This document shows positions 24,601-38,428 of a stretch of DNA of 64,000 nucleotides, piece after piece; positions within the stretch are counted from its first letter, which is position 1; the number at the start of each line of letters is the position of its first letter. The notes beneath the pieces were generated by a model. That model did no database searches, was not told the DNA's origin, and saw only the letters and a list, made by a program, of their open reading frames with translations. The stretch comes from Macrostomum lignano (lineage: Eukaryota). Location of the stretch: NCBI GenBank assembly GCA_002269645.1, contig NIVC01000128.1, positions 1-64,000 on the forward strand. Direction: 5' to 3'. The translations under genes and the position numbers were made by a program.

Positions 24601-27600
24601 GCCGAGAATCGCTTCCTAGACGACAAAAAGAATAAAGGAAAGAAAGTTAATTTTGCACTGCTGTTTAGTTGCCAAGCATCAGGGGCGAAGCCCCAGAGCA
24701 GTTTAAAGCCACTTACTTCCAGTCGAACGCCTGGGGAGCGGAGAACCGCTTGCTGCAGGGTGCAGAGAGGCAGTGCCAGTGTGAGGTGCTAGGAGGCTGA
24801 ATTCGTCTTTAGGTCTGCTTTTGAACTACTGTCTATTCTAAATTCCTTTCGGCAAAATCCCACTCACCGCCTTTGTAGGCTAGATTTGCAATCCATTCTA
24901 TTCCTTTATCCATGTAGGCTAGATTTGCAATCCATTCTATTCCTTTATCCATGTAGGCTAGATCAGCAATCCATTCTATCCTTTATCCATGTAGGCTAGA
25001 TTAGCAATCCATTCTATCCTTTATCCATGTAGGCTAGATTAGCAATCCACTCTATTCCTTAGTCAATGTAGGCTAGATTAGCAATCCATTCTATTCCTTT
25101 ATCCATGTAGGCTAGATTAGCAATCCATTCTATTCCTTTATCCATGTAGGCTAGATTAGCAATCCATTCAATTCTTTATCCGTGTAGGCTAGATTAGCAA
25201 TCCATTCTATACTTTATCCATGTAGGCTAGATTAGCAATCCACTCTAATCCTTTATCCGTGTAGGCTAGATTAGCAATCCACTCTAATCCTTTATCCGTG
25301 TAGGCTAGATTTGCAATCCACTCTAATCCTTTATCTGTGTAGGCTAGATTAGCAATTCATTCTATCCTTTATCCATGTAGGCTAGATTAGCAATCCACTC
25401 TATTCCTTAATCAATGTAGGCTAGATTAGCAATCCATTCTATTCCTTTATCCATGTAGGCTAGATTAGCAATCCATTCTATTCCTTTATCCATGCAGGCT
25501 AGATTAGCAATCCATTCAATTCTTTATCCGTGTAGGCTAGATTAGCAATCCATTCTATTCCTTTATCCATGTAGGCTAGATTAGCAATCCATTCAATTCC
25601 TTTATCCATGTAGGCTAGATTAGCAATCCATTCTATTCCTTTATCCATGTAGGCTAGATTAGCAATCCATTCAATTCTTTATCCGTGTAGGCTAGATTAG
25701 CAATCCATTCTATTCCTTTATCCATGTAGGCTAGATTAGCAATCCATTCTACTCCTTTATCCGTGTAGGCTAGATTAGCAATCCATTCTATTCCTTTATC
25801 CATGTAGGCTAGATTAGCAATCCATTCAATTCTTTATCCGTGTTGGCTAGATTTGCAATCCATTCAATTCTTTATCCGTGTAGGCTAGATTAGCAATCCA
25901 TTCTATCCTTTATCTGTGTAGGCTAGATTAGCAATTCATTCTACTCCTTTATCCATGTAGGCTAGATTAGCAATCCATTCTATACTTTATCCATGTAGGC
26001 TAGATTAGCAATTCATTCTATCCTTTATCCATGTAGGCTAGATTAGCAATCCACTCTATTCCTTAGTCAATGTAGGCTAGATTAGCAATCCATTCTATTC
26101 CTTTATCCATGTAGGCTAGATTTGCAATCCATTCTATTCCTTTATCCATGTAGGCTAGATTAGCAATCCATTCAATTCTTTATCCGTGTAGGCTAGATTA
26201 GCAATCCATTCTATACTTTATCCATGTAGGCTAGATTAGCAATCCATTCTATCCTTTATCCATGTAGGCTAGATTAGCAATCCATTCTATCCTTTATCTG
26301 TGTACGCTAGATTAGCAATCCATTCTATCCTTTATCTGTGTACGCTAGATTAGCAATCCATTCTATCCTTTATCCATGTAGGCTAGATTAGCAATCCATT
26401 CTACTCCTTTATCCGTGTAGGCTAGATTAGCAATCCATCCTATTCCTTTATCCATGTAGGCTAGATTAGCAATCCATTCAATTCTTTATCCGTGTTGGCT
26501 AGATTTGCAATCCATTCTATTCCTTTATCCATGTAGGCTAGATTTGCAATCCATTCTATTCCTTATCCATGTAGGCTAGATTAGCAATCCATTCAATTCT
26601 TTATCCGTGTAGGCTAGATTAGCAATCCATTCTATACTTTATCCATGTAGGCTAGATTAGCAATCCATTCTATCCTTTATCCATGTAGGCTAGATTAGCA
26701 ATCCATTCTATCCTTTATCTGTGTACGCTAGATTAGCAATCCATTCTATCCTTTATCCATGTAGGCTAGATTAGCAATCCATTCTACTCCTTTATCCGTG
26801 TAGGCTAGATTAGCAATCCATCCTATTCCTTTATCCATGTAGGCTAGATTAGCAATCCATTCAATTCTTTATCCGTGTTGGCTAGATTAGCAATCCATTC
26901 TATACTTTATCCATGTAGGCTAGATTTGCAATCCATTCTATTCCTTTATCCATGTAGGCTAGATTAGCAATCCATTCTATTCCTTTATCCATGTAGGCTA
27001 GATTAGCAATTCATTCTACTCCTTTATCCATGTAGGCTAGATTAGCAATCCATTCTATACTTTATCCATGTAGGCTAGATTAGCAATCCACTCTAATCCT
27101 TTATCCGTGTAGGCTAGATTAGCAATCCACTCTAATCCTTTATCCGTGTAGGCTAGATTTGCAATCCACTCTAATCCTTTATCTGTGTAGGCTAGATTAG
27201 CAATTCATTCTATCCTTTATCCATGTAGGCTAGATTAGCAATCCACTCTATTCCTTAATCAATGTAGGCTAGATTAGCAATCCATTCTATTCCTTTATCC
27301 ATGTAGGCTAGATTAGCAATCCATTCTATTCCTTTATCCATGCAGGCTAGATTAGCAATCCATTCAATTCTTTATCCGTGTAGGCTAGATTAGCAATCCA
27401 TTCTATTCCTTTATCCATGTAGGCTAGATTAGCAATCCATTCAATTCCTTTATCCATGTAGGCTAGATTAGCAATCCATTCTATTCCTTTATCCATGTAG
27501 GCTAGATTAGCAATCCATTCAATTCTTTATCCGTGTAGGCTAGATTAGCAATCCATTCTATTCCTTTATCCATGTAGGCTAGATTAGCAATCCATTCTAC

Positions 27601-30600
27601 TCCTTTATCCGTGTAGGCTAGATTAGCAATCCATTCTATTCCTTTATCCATGTAGGCTAGATTAGCAATCCATTCAATTCTTTATCCGTGTTGGCTAGAT
27701 TTGCAATCCATTCAATTCTTTATCCGTGTAGGCTAGATTAGCAATCCATTCTATCCTTTATCCATGTAGGCTAGATTAGCAATCCATTCTATCCTTTATC
27801 TGTGTACGCTAGATTAGCAATCCATTCTATCCTTTATCTGTGTACGCTAGATTAGCAATCCATTCTATCCTTTATCCATGTAGGCTAGATTAGCAATCCA
27901 TTCTACTCCTTTATCCGTGTAGGCTAGATTAGCAATCCATTCTATTCCTTTATCCATGTAGGCTAGATTAGCAATCCATTCTACTCCTTTATCCGTGTAG
28001 GCTAGATTAGCAATCCATCCTATTCCTTTATCCATGTAGGCTAGATTAGCAATCCATTCAATTCTTTATCCGTGTTGGCTAGATTTGCAATCCATTCTAT
28101 TCCTTATCCATGTAGGCTAGATTAGCAATCCATTCAATTCTTTATCCGTGTAGGCTAGATTAGCAATCCATTCTATACTTTATCCATGTAGGCTAGATTA
28201 GCAATCCATTCTATCCTTTATCCATGTAGGCTAGATTAGCAATCCATTCTATCCTTTATCTGTGTACGCTAGATTAGCAATCCATTCTATCCTTTATCCA
28301 TGTAGGCTAGATTAGCAATCCATTCTACTCCTTTATCCGTGTAGGCTAGATTAGCAATCCATCCTATTCCTTTATCCATGTAGGCTAGATTAGCAATCCA
28401 TTCAATTCTTTATCCGTGTTGGCTAGATTAGCAATCCATTCTATACTTTATCCATGTAGGCTAGATTTGCAATCCATTCTATTCCTTTATCCATGTAGGC
28501 TAGATCAGCAATCCATTCTATCCTTTATCCATGTAGGCTAGATTAGCAATCCATTCTATCCTTTATCCATGTAGGCTAGATTAGCAATCCATTCTATCCT
28601 TTATCTGTGTACGCTAGATTAGCAATCCATTCTATCCTTTATCCATGTAGGCTAGATTAGCAATCCATTCTATCCTTTATCCATGTAGGCTAGATTAGCA
28701 ATCCATTCTATCCTTTATCTGTGTACGCTAGATTAGCAATCCATTCTATACTTTATCCATGTAGGCTAGATTAGCAATCCATCCTATTCCTTTATCCATG
28801 TAGGCTAGATTAGCAATCCATTCAATTCTTTATCCATGTAGGCTAGATTAGCAATCCATTCAATTCTTTATCCGTGTTGGCTAGATTTGCAATCCATTCT
28901 ATTCATTTATCCATGTAGGCTAGATTAGCAATCCATTGTACTCCTTTATCCGTGTAGGCTAGATTAGCAATCCATCCTATTCCTTTATCCATGTAGGCTA
29001 GATTAGCAATCCATTCTATCCTTTATCTATGTAGGCTAGATTTGCAATCCATTCTATTCATTTATCCATGTAGGCTAGATTAGCAATCCATCCTATTCCT
29101 TTATCCATGTAGGCTAGATTAGCAATCCATTCAATTCTTTATCCGTGTTGGCTAGATTTGCAATCCATTCTATTCCTTTATCCGTGTAGGCTAGATTAGC
29201 AATCCATTCTACTCCTTTATCCGTGTAGGCTAGATTAGCAATTCATTCTACTCCTTTATCCGTCTAGGCTAGAATAGCAATCCATTCTACTCCTTTATCC
29301 GTGTAGGCTAGATTAGCAATCCATTCTATTCCTTTATCCATGTAGGCTAGATTAGCAATCCATTCTACACCTTTATCCGTCTAGGCTAGAATAGTAATTC
29401 ACTTTATTAATCTATCAACTTTTACTTTTACACTGCTAATCTTTAAGACAAAACAAAATCGATATAAGTGGTCGCGCCAGTTAGCGACTGAGCAGTTGAG
29501 CACGAGACTCAATTGAAACTGAGCAACTGGAACAGGCTGAAGTCACCGTTGCCTTACCGCCACTCAAAGGCCTGGGGAGCGGAGAAGCGCTTCCTACAAA
29601 AGCAATGGGGGTGGAGGTGCATTGTGAGGCTGGCGTCACGCCCCTCTTCAACTAAGCTCCCGGGCGGATGAGTTGCTGTTTTCACCCTGTCTTTCCCCAG
29701 TCCCCCAACATCCGCCCGATTTCAAAGCTCAGTTCCTCCTTTTTTGAGTTCTCAATAAACGAACTTCGAGGCACTGAAAGCGCTCACTTTTTCCAGTCGA
29801 ACGCCTGTGGAGCCGAGAATCGCCTGTGGAATGTTTTTTAGTATAGGGATTTTATATACATTTTTACACCTTACAGCGGACTGTAAGCAGTTTCCACATC
29901 CATTTCCTTCTTGCTTTGGGGGAGGCAATTCCAAGCTGTTTCAGGACTATCAAATTCTCAATCAAGCCTTTGAAATGAATCTGCCTTCCCGCCCCCTATC
30001 TTAGCTAAAATGCTTTCCAATCCAACAATATCAAATTCGCTATGCTCAGTTTTTTAACCTTTGAAAATTTTAAAGCCTAAATTTTTGCTAATTGGGTTTC
30101 TTGCAACAGAACTGCTCCGCTTACTTGGCCCTCTGCGCGGCGTGTTGCGAGGCGCTTCTGAAAATGGGGGCGGAGGTGCAATATGCTCGTATGCTTGAAT
30201 TGAATTATTGATAAATACATGCAATATTGCAGAGTATACTAGCAAAGCCAGCAGATCCTATGGTTGTGCTTCTTGTGCAGTGCTGCCAGCAGGGGATGAG
30301 CTTGAGCTCTCAGCTTTATCTAGTCAGGGCTGCTAACCGCTGCCAACTATGCTTAACTTGCTAGCAATCAAATCGAAAAAATATACAAGAAATGCATAAG
30401 AAATAGGAATTAGTAACAATGGAACAAAACTGGTTTGATTAAATAGCAGGGATTTTTTTGAAAACTTTAAGGAATTTTCCTCCAAGAAGCTCAGGACCTG
30501 ATGCCAGCGTGAACTTTTACCGGGGCCTTGCGTGCGCCCAGCTAGCTATTCCACTTCAGCTGGGGAATCCGACTCTATGACTTGAAAGCCCGGATGCTCC

Positions 30601-32120
30601 GCAAACAGCCAGTGATAAAGAGAAATTTCTGAACCGGCGAAAGCACTAAAAACTTTTTTGGTCACTGAAAGCCTTTATTTAGAATGATTCACTCGCGAAC
30701 GAACATTGTGAACTTATTGAAAGCACATACGAGTTGTTATAATCGATAAGATCTGAGAATCAACACGAATGCAAATCACCCCCTCCCTTCCCCATGCCAA
30801 TCACTCACCCCAGCCACCCCTTCCCTTCCCCATGCCAATCACTCACCCCAGCCACCCCTTCCCTTCCCCATGCCAAACACTCACCCCAGCCACCCCCTCC
30901 CTTCCCCATGCCAATCACTCACCCCAGCCACCCCTCCCTTTCCTATGCCAAACACTTACCAGCCACCCCTCCCTTCCCCATGCCAAACACTCACCCCAGC
31001 CACCCCTCCCTTCCCCATGCCAAACACTTACCCAGCCACCCCTCCCTTCCCCATGCCAAACACTTACCCAGCCACCCCTCCCTTCCCCATGCCAAACACT
31101 CACCCCAGCCACTCCCTCCCTTCCCTATGCCAAACACTTACCCAGCCACCCCCTCCCTTCCCTATGCCAAACACTTACCCCAGCCACCCCCTCCCTTCCC
31201 ATGCCAAACACTCACCCCAGCCACCCCTCCCTTCCCTATGCCAAACACTTACCCAGCCACCCCTCCCTTCCCTATGCCAAACACTTACCCCAGCCACCCC
31301 CTCCCTTCCCATGCCAAACACTCACCCCAGCCACCCCTCCCTTCCCTATGCCAAACACTTACCCAGCCACCCCTCCCTTCCCATGCCAAACACTCACCCC
31401 AGCCACTCCCTCCCTTCCCTATGCCAAACACTTACCCAGCCACCCCCTCCCTTCCCTATGCCAAACACTTACCCCAGCCACCCCCTCCCTTCCCCATGCC
31501 AAACACTCACCCCAGCCACTCCCTCCCTTCCCTATGCCAAACACTTACCCAGCCACCCCCTCCCTTCCCTATGCCAAACACTTACCCAGCCACCCCCTCC
31601 CTTCCCCATGCCAAACACTCACCCCAGCCACCCCCTCCCTTCCCCATGCCAAACACTTACCCAGCCACCCCTCCCTTCCCCATGCCAAACACTCACCCCA
31701 GCCACTCCCTCCCTTCCCTATGCCAATCACTCACCCCAGCCACCCCCTCCCTTCCCCATGCCAATCACTCACCCCAGCCACCCCTCCCTTCCCCATGCCA
31801 AACACTCACCCCAGCCACCCCCTCCCTTCCCCATGCCAAACACTTACCCAGCCACCCCTCCCTTCCCCATGCCAAACACTCACCCCAGCCACTCCCTCCC
31901 TTCCCTATGCCAATCACTCACCCCAGCCACCCCCTCCCTTCCCCATGCCAAACACTCACCCCAGCCACCCCTCCCTTCCCCATGCCAATCACTCACCCCG
32001 CAGCCGCCCTCTGCCCCAATTCCCAGCTCACTTCTTGGCCGGATCAGCCTCGGTCTGGCAGACTAGCAGCGCGACCAGAGCTGCGAATACCAGCGCTTGG
32101 ATCAGGCGTTGATGACTCAT
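21628..32120 (-). CDS. Micro-exon neuropeptide precursor, 12 coding exons, 158 aa: signal peptide + 9 basic-flanked FSAP(Q/M)A(F/Y)(D/E)W nonapeptides
   Basis: Exons: 32120-32032 (MSHQRLIQALVFAALVALLVCQTEADPAK), 30157-30125, 29823-29788, 29593-29558, 24752-24717, 24615-24580, 24481-24446, 24339-24304, 23467-23432, 23332-23297, 23140-23102, 21655-21628 (RRADADEE*). Every junction is AG/GT and phase 2, the 477 nt splice into one open frame, and variation among peptide exons is mostly synonymous. Confidence 0.9.
21695..21800 (-). mobile_element. Degenerate tRNA-derived SINE head (candidate)
   Basis: Minus strand has an A-box-like GGCAGCGGTTAGC and a B-box GGGTTCGATTCC. The GCTAACCGCTGCC..GCTTAAC segment recurs at ~30330-30357. 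Confidence 0.4.
22215..22905. repeat. 21-bp minisatellite CATCATGAAGTCATACTCCTA in the last intron of the neuropeptide gene
   Basis: About 32 copies. Source of the IMKSYSY ORFs. Confidence 0.95.
23655..24232. repeat. 12-bp minisatellite TGTTGTCCC(C/T)GG in a neuropeptide intron
   Basis: Tandem degenerate copies between exons 24304 and 23467. Confidence 0.93.
24874..29392. repeat. 38-39 bp satellite TGTAGGCTAGATTAGCAATCCATTCTATTCCTTTATCCA (~116 copies), intronic
   Basis: Period 39 read directly (24913 to 24952). Contains an internal 1848-bp duplication. Confidence 0.97.
30775..31998. repeat. ~37-bp C-rich minisatellite in neuropeptide intron 1
   Basis: Unit CTCACCCCAGCCACCCCTCCCTTCCCCATGCCAAACA, about 33 copies. 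Confidence 0.95.
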
Positions 32121-33811
32121 TATCGGAGCAATTTAAAGCTTTCCTTTTTGGCGTCGTAGAGATGTAAGAGCGCCTGCGGGATTTTCAGTAAGTTGGGCAG
32201 TCAGAGTATCATTTTTTAATCTGGCTTAGCATAATATAATATTAGAGGAGCCCTGAGGGAATCGCACAATAACCTCCTGGCCAACTTTCACGCACGCAAG
32301 CCCCAAAGGAGTGTGCCCGCTTAGGGAATCATGGGTCGTGGCTCTGCCCTCTTATCTGAAGGGCTGACTTACACACAAAATTAGTTGCGGCTTTGGTATA
32401 ATAAAAAAGTCAATAGATTGCAATCGAAAAAAGTCGGTTGGTTCAGCCGCGAGATTCTCCTCTGACCCGCATTTCTTTCATATTCGAGAAATTGATCAAG
32501 TTAAAAATCTGCAGCCCGAATCTTGCCGCCTATAGCTATAGGCTGAAGTCTGGTGCGGCCGGGACTCGCCGAGTGCCGAATGGGGAATTAAGCGAATTCA
32601 ATCAGTTTGACTGGCTTGCGGGATTCTATAAAAGAGAGGGATGAGGAGGAGGAGGGGCTCCTTTACTCTCATATCGGTGCAGATAATGTTTCCGCGCGGC
32701 TGATCGCAGCTGCCGAGGCTGTTGGTGCTGTGGGATCTGGGAAGGAAGGGGCTGCGAGCGAACCCGAGATAACAGCTCATTACTGCTGGGCCATTCTCTA
32801 TCTGTTCAGCTTAACCTTTCTCATAGCCGACCTAGTTTTTCTTCAGCTGGGAGTTATAGCAAAATTGGGTCGGGGCGCGCCGAGAGCGGGTCATGCATGG
32901 AGGAGCTCGGATGTCCTCCTCGCTGTTGATGAAGTTTCTGCAAAAGCCACACAGCCCAACCAGTCTCTTCTGTGCCCGCCATCCCCACCCCGCACTCAGG
33001 CCCACGCCGCATCCGGGGCTGGTGAATGCGCCTGACCAGAAGGACCCCCTCTGGCCCGCTAATTCTCAGCCAGTTTTATCATTTTCTCAATGCACCCCAC
33101 TTCCGGCCACAAAACTTCTTCTTTCCAAACTTTCTAAGGACACCGACCGGATTGTGAGGAGAGGAGATCGGGACAGACAAGACTGAGACTGCCCCCCTCT
33201 GTCAAAAATCCCATATGTTTGATTTCTTCCTCATTCTTCCCTTGGCACACTCTTGATGAGGCCGCCGCGGAGACTGGCAGGACAAACACAAAAGCTAACA
33301 GAAAGCAGAGCTACAGAAATGTTCAACCAAGACGGCGAATCATCTCATTGTCGTCTGCCGCGCGGCATTGTTGGCAGAATCCGCCGGAGCAGATGCAGCT
33401 TCCTGCCGCTCTCGCACTCGTTGAGTTCGGGGAGGGCAAGTTTTTATGTTTATTTTATCCGACTATGAATGAATTCTCCTATTCCGGTCTCAGCTACGCG
33501 ACAGCGATTGTTCCAGCCTGGCGGAAGCGAATTCAAATAAATTCGAGCGAGACAAAGTTTATCCGCGTGGCCCCACTTCCGAGATTGCTCCGCTGCGTGC
33601 GTTCAATACAAGCGATGATTCTGAAGCGACCGAGAGGCGCATTTGCAGTGAGGCTGGGCGTCTCGCACTGCCCACCCGCGAATGCGGAGTCACGCCTCAG
33701 ATTGCCGATTGCTGCTCAGGCTGATCTGAGTGGGGCCTCGGAGTGAGCTGCCATGCTAATCATTGCATATGCTTTGCATATTCAGGTTGGCTGTGGAGTC
33801 ACTGAGTGGAG

Positions 33812-34544
<733 letters not shown>

Positions 34545-35172
34545 AACAGCTTAGTCTAGAAGTCGCCGCCCCCGCCCCCAAGCAAAGCAGCCATTTCGGA
34601 CCGGCTCGGCATCCTATTATTTTCAAGGCCAAAGATAAGTAAAAATTTGATTTCCAATGCTTTAATCCCGGCTTAGAAGGCTTTCCGGGGCTGCCCCAGT
34701 TTTGGGTGCTGATTGGGATGCAGCGGCAAAGCGACAAGACTGCTCGGATGCCGCGAGCCATCTCTGCCTGTGCCCGGAGCTCTCATGGCCGACTGACAGC
34801 TCTGCACCAAAACTTTCATTAGTTGCCGGGGTCGTGTTTTAAGCAGCATGCTTTGGAGACACCGCAGCCCCGTCAATTTCGGGTGTTTCATTCACGCCTG
34901 AGCGCGCAGTGGAGCACGGGGCGAGCTACTTCTAAATGTAAACTCAAACTCTCAATTTTTTTGGGCTCCGACCTGAGTTGGTCCCAAACTTGCCCAGCAA
35001 CCCGGGACTGGCCAGCTTAAAAATGACTCAACGGGATTCCTTTTGCCAGGTGAGCAGCGGTCAGTCGGTCGCCCAGTTTGTCTTTCGAGTACCGCTGCTG
35101 GAAACCGCTTAGTGAGCGGAGAGTCTATTTGACTTTGGAATTGGGGCACATCTGACGGTCTCGTGAGCTAGC

Positions 35173-36240
<1,068 letters not shown>

Positions 36241-36993
36241 TGGTGATGTATTCCAGAGTCAGCAATGCATTCCCAGCTATCTAGGAGAAACCTGCCGTCC
36301 AGAGCTCCCCATGAAACCTGAGCGCCCCCCCCCTGCCTCGTCGCCCTCCTTCTCGCGCCGGGAATTTCCTGCAGCTTCAGCTGCTTCATCTGCTACCAAA
36401 AGAGGAAGTCGTCAGAAGCCCAAAGGAAATGACCAGCAAGCGGCAGCGCTGTGAGCCAACGAGCTCGGATCTGATGCTGAACTCAATCTCACCGTCTTAG
36501 CCCGCTCTCGGGCCGCACTTGTATACTCTTTTGTCTACATCCGCTTGCCTGGTGTCCAAATCCAGCCCTGAGTATTTGTTGCTGCTTCTGCTTGCACTGT
36601 CTCGGTTTTGTTCTGCCGCTGAGCCTCCTCCACCCCATCTCTCCATCTCCATCTCCCTCCATCTCCCCTCCACTCTGCGGAGCATCCCTAACAGATGGAT
36701 GCGACAGAACGACCTGTCCTGGCGTTCGCATCCTGAGGAATCCCGGATCTGCTAGCTTTGACAGCTGGGCTAATTAAACAGCTCTCGAGTTGCTTCTCAG
36801 CACACCTTAACTGGGCCAGTTTCCTGCGATTGACAGCCTCATCAACTCGGGCAACGCGAAGCCCCCTCCTCCTACCCACTCAATTTAGGGTGGCGAGAAA
36901 GTTAGTCTTGTTTATTTTTTTATAAACAGAATTTCAACGAAGCTTCATCCTTAGTTGCCCGGGCAATTAAGGCAGCCTAATTAACTCACCTAT

Positions 36994-37225
36994 CTAAATA
37001 CCCCATCACCGGTTCACTGGATTCTGCTCTGAGCACATTACAAGGCGCCTGCTAAATACCCCATCACCGGTTCACTGGATTCTGCTCTGAGCACATTACA
37101 AGCCTCCTGCTAAATACCCCATCACCGGTTCACTGGATTCTGCTCTGAGCACATAGCAAGGCTCCTGCTAAATACCCCATCACCGGTTCACTGGATTCTG
37201 CTCTGAGCACATTACAAGGCGCCTG
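36994..37225. repeat. 58-bp minisatellite x4
   Basis: CTAAATACCCCATCACCGGTTCACTGG starts at 36994, 37052, 37110 and 37168. Confidence 0.92.
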
Positions 37226-37517
37226 CTGCTGCAAAGGCCGTATCTGATAGTAGGGCGCCTTTGCGCACCGTGTTCTCAGCAGCCCATTGATTTGTGCACA
37301 CCTGTCTGTGTGTGCGTGTCTGTGTTTCTGTATCATGCATTCTGTTATTTGATCTCATCTGCACCTGACTCCTCCATCTTCTTTGCGCGAACACAAACTG
37401 GTTGAACACTGGTTTTCGTTTTTTCAGCTCGTATCGACTTTCTGTGTCCGTGTCAGCCTCGGTTTTGGGTCAATAATCTCAGCCTTCATTGTCTCTGTCT
37501 CATTGTGCTGCTCTCGC

Positions 37518-38428
37518 TGACTCTCACTCTCACTGTCTCTCACTCTCACTGTCTCTCACTCTCACTGTCTCTCACTCTCACTGTCTCTCACTCTCACTGT
37601 CTCTCACCCTCACTGTCTCTCACTCTCACTGTCTCTCACCCTCACTGTCTCTCACCCTCACTGTCTCTCACTCTCACTGTCTCTCACTCTCACTGTCTCT
37701 CACTCTCACTGTCTCTCACCCTCACTGTCTCTCACTCTCACTGTCTCTCACCCTCACTGTCTCTCACTCTCACTGTCTCTCACTCTCACTGTCTCTCACT
37801 CTCACTGTCTCTCACTCTCACTGTCTCTCACTCTCACTGTCTCTCACCCTCACTGTCTCTCACTCTCACTGTCTCTCACTCTCACTGTCTCTCACCCTCA
37901 CTGTCTCTCACTCTCACTGTCTCTCACTCTCACTGTCTCTCACTCTCACTGTCTCTCACTCTCACTGTCTCTCACTCTCACTGTCTCTCACCCTCACTGT
38001 CTCTCACCCTCACTGTCTCTCACCCTCACTGTCTCTCACTCTCACTGTCTCTCACCCTCACTGTCTCTCACCCTCACTGTCTCTCACTCTCACTGTCTCT
38101 CACCCTCACTGTCTCTCACCCTCACTGTCTCTCACTCTCACTGTCTCTCACCCTCACTGTCTCTCACCCTCACTGTCTCTCACCCTCACTGTCTCTCACC
38201 CTCACTGTCTCTCACCCTCACTGTCTCTCACCCTCACTGTCTCTCACCCTCACTGTCTCTCACCCTCACTGTCTCTCACCCTCACTGTCTCTCACCCTCA
38301 CTGTCTCTCACCCTCACTGTCTCTCACCCTCACTGTCTCTCACCCTCACTGTCTCTCACCCTCACTGTCTCTCACCCTCACTGTCTCTCACCCTCACTGT
38401 CTCTCACCCTCACTGTCTCTCACCCTCA
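37518..38428. repeat. 16-bp minisatellite CTCACTGTCTCTCAC(T/C)
   Basis: T variant dominates at the left end and C variant at the right end. Confidence 0.97.

Noticed and set aside
24863-24890. Possible extra 12-nt micro-exon (CCTACAAAGGCG|GTGAG) at the satellite edge
   Set aside because: The acceptor would lie in a satellite unit without a pyrimidine tract and encodes no peptide. Not supported, though not excluded.
23102-29823. Phase-0 reading of the micro-exons (EAVLRSPGVRLE repeats)
   Set aside because: Gives a TGA in exon 29593-29558 and makes most differences non-synonymous. The KRFSAPQAFDW frame is open and silent-site biased.
23097-29830. CRISPR-like array (36-nt repeats separated by unique spacers)
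   Set aside because: Eukaryotic context with no cas genes. The repeats are bounded by AG/GT, vary at synonymous positions and splice into a signal-peptide ORF, so they are exons.
30769-32167. Pro/His-rich 398-457 aa plus-strand ORFs
   Set aside because: Translation of a C-rich minisatellite antisense to neuropeptide intron 1.
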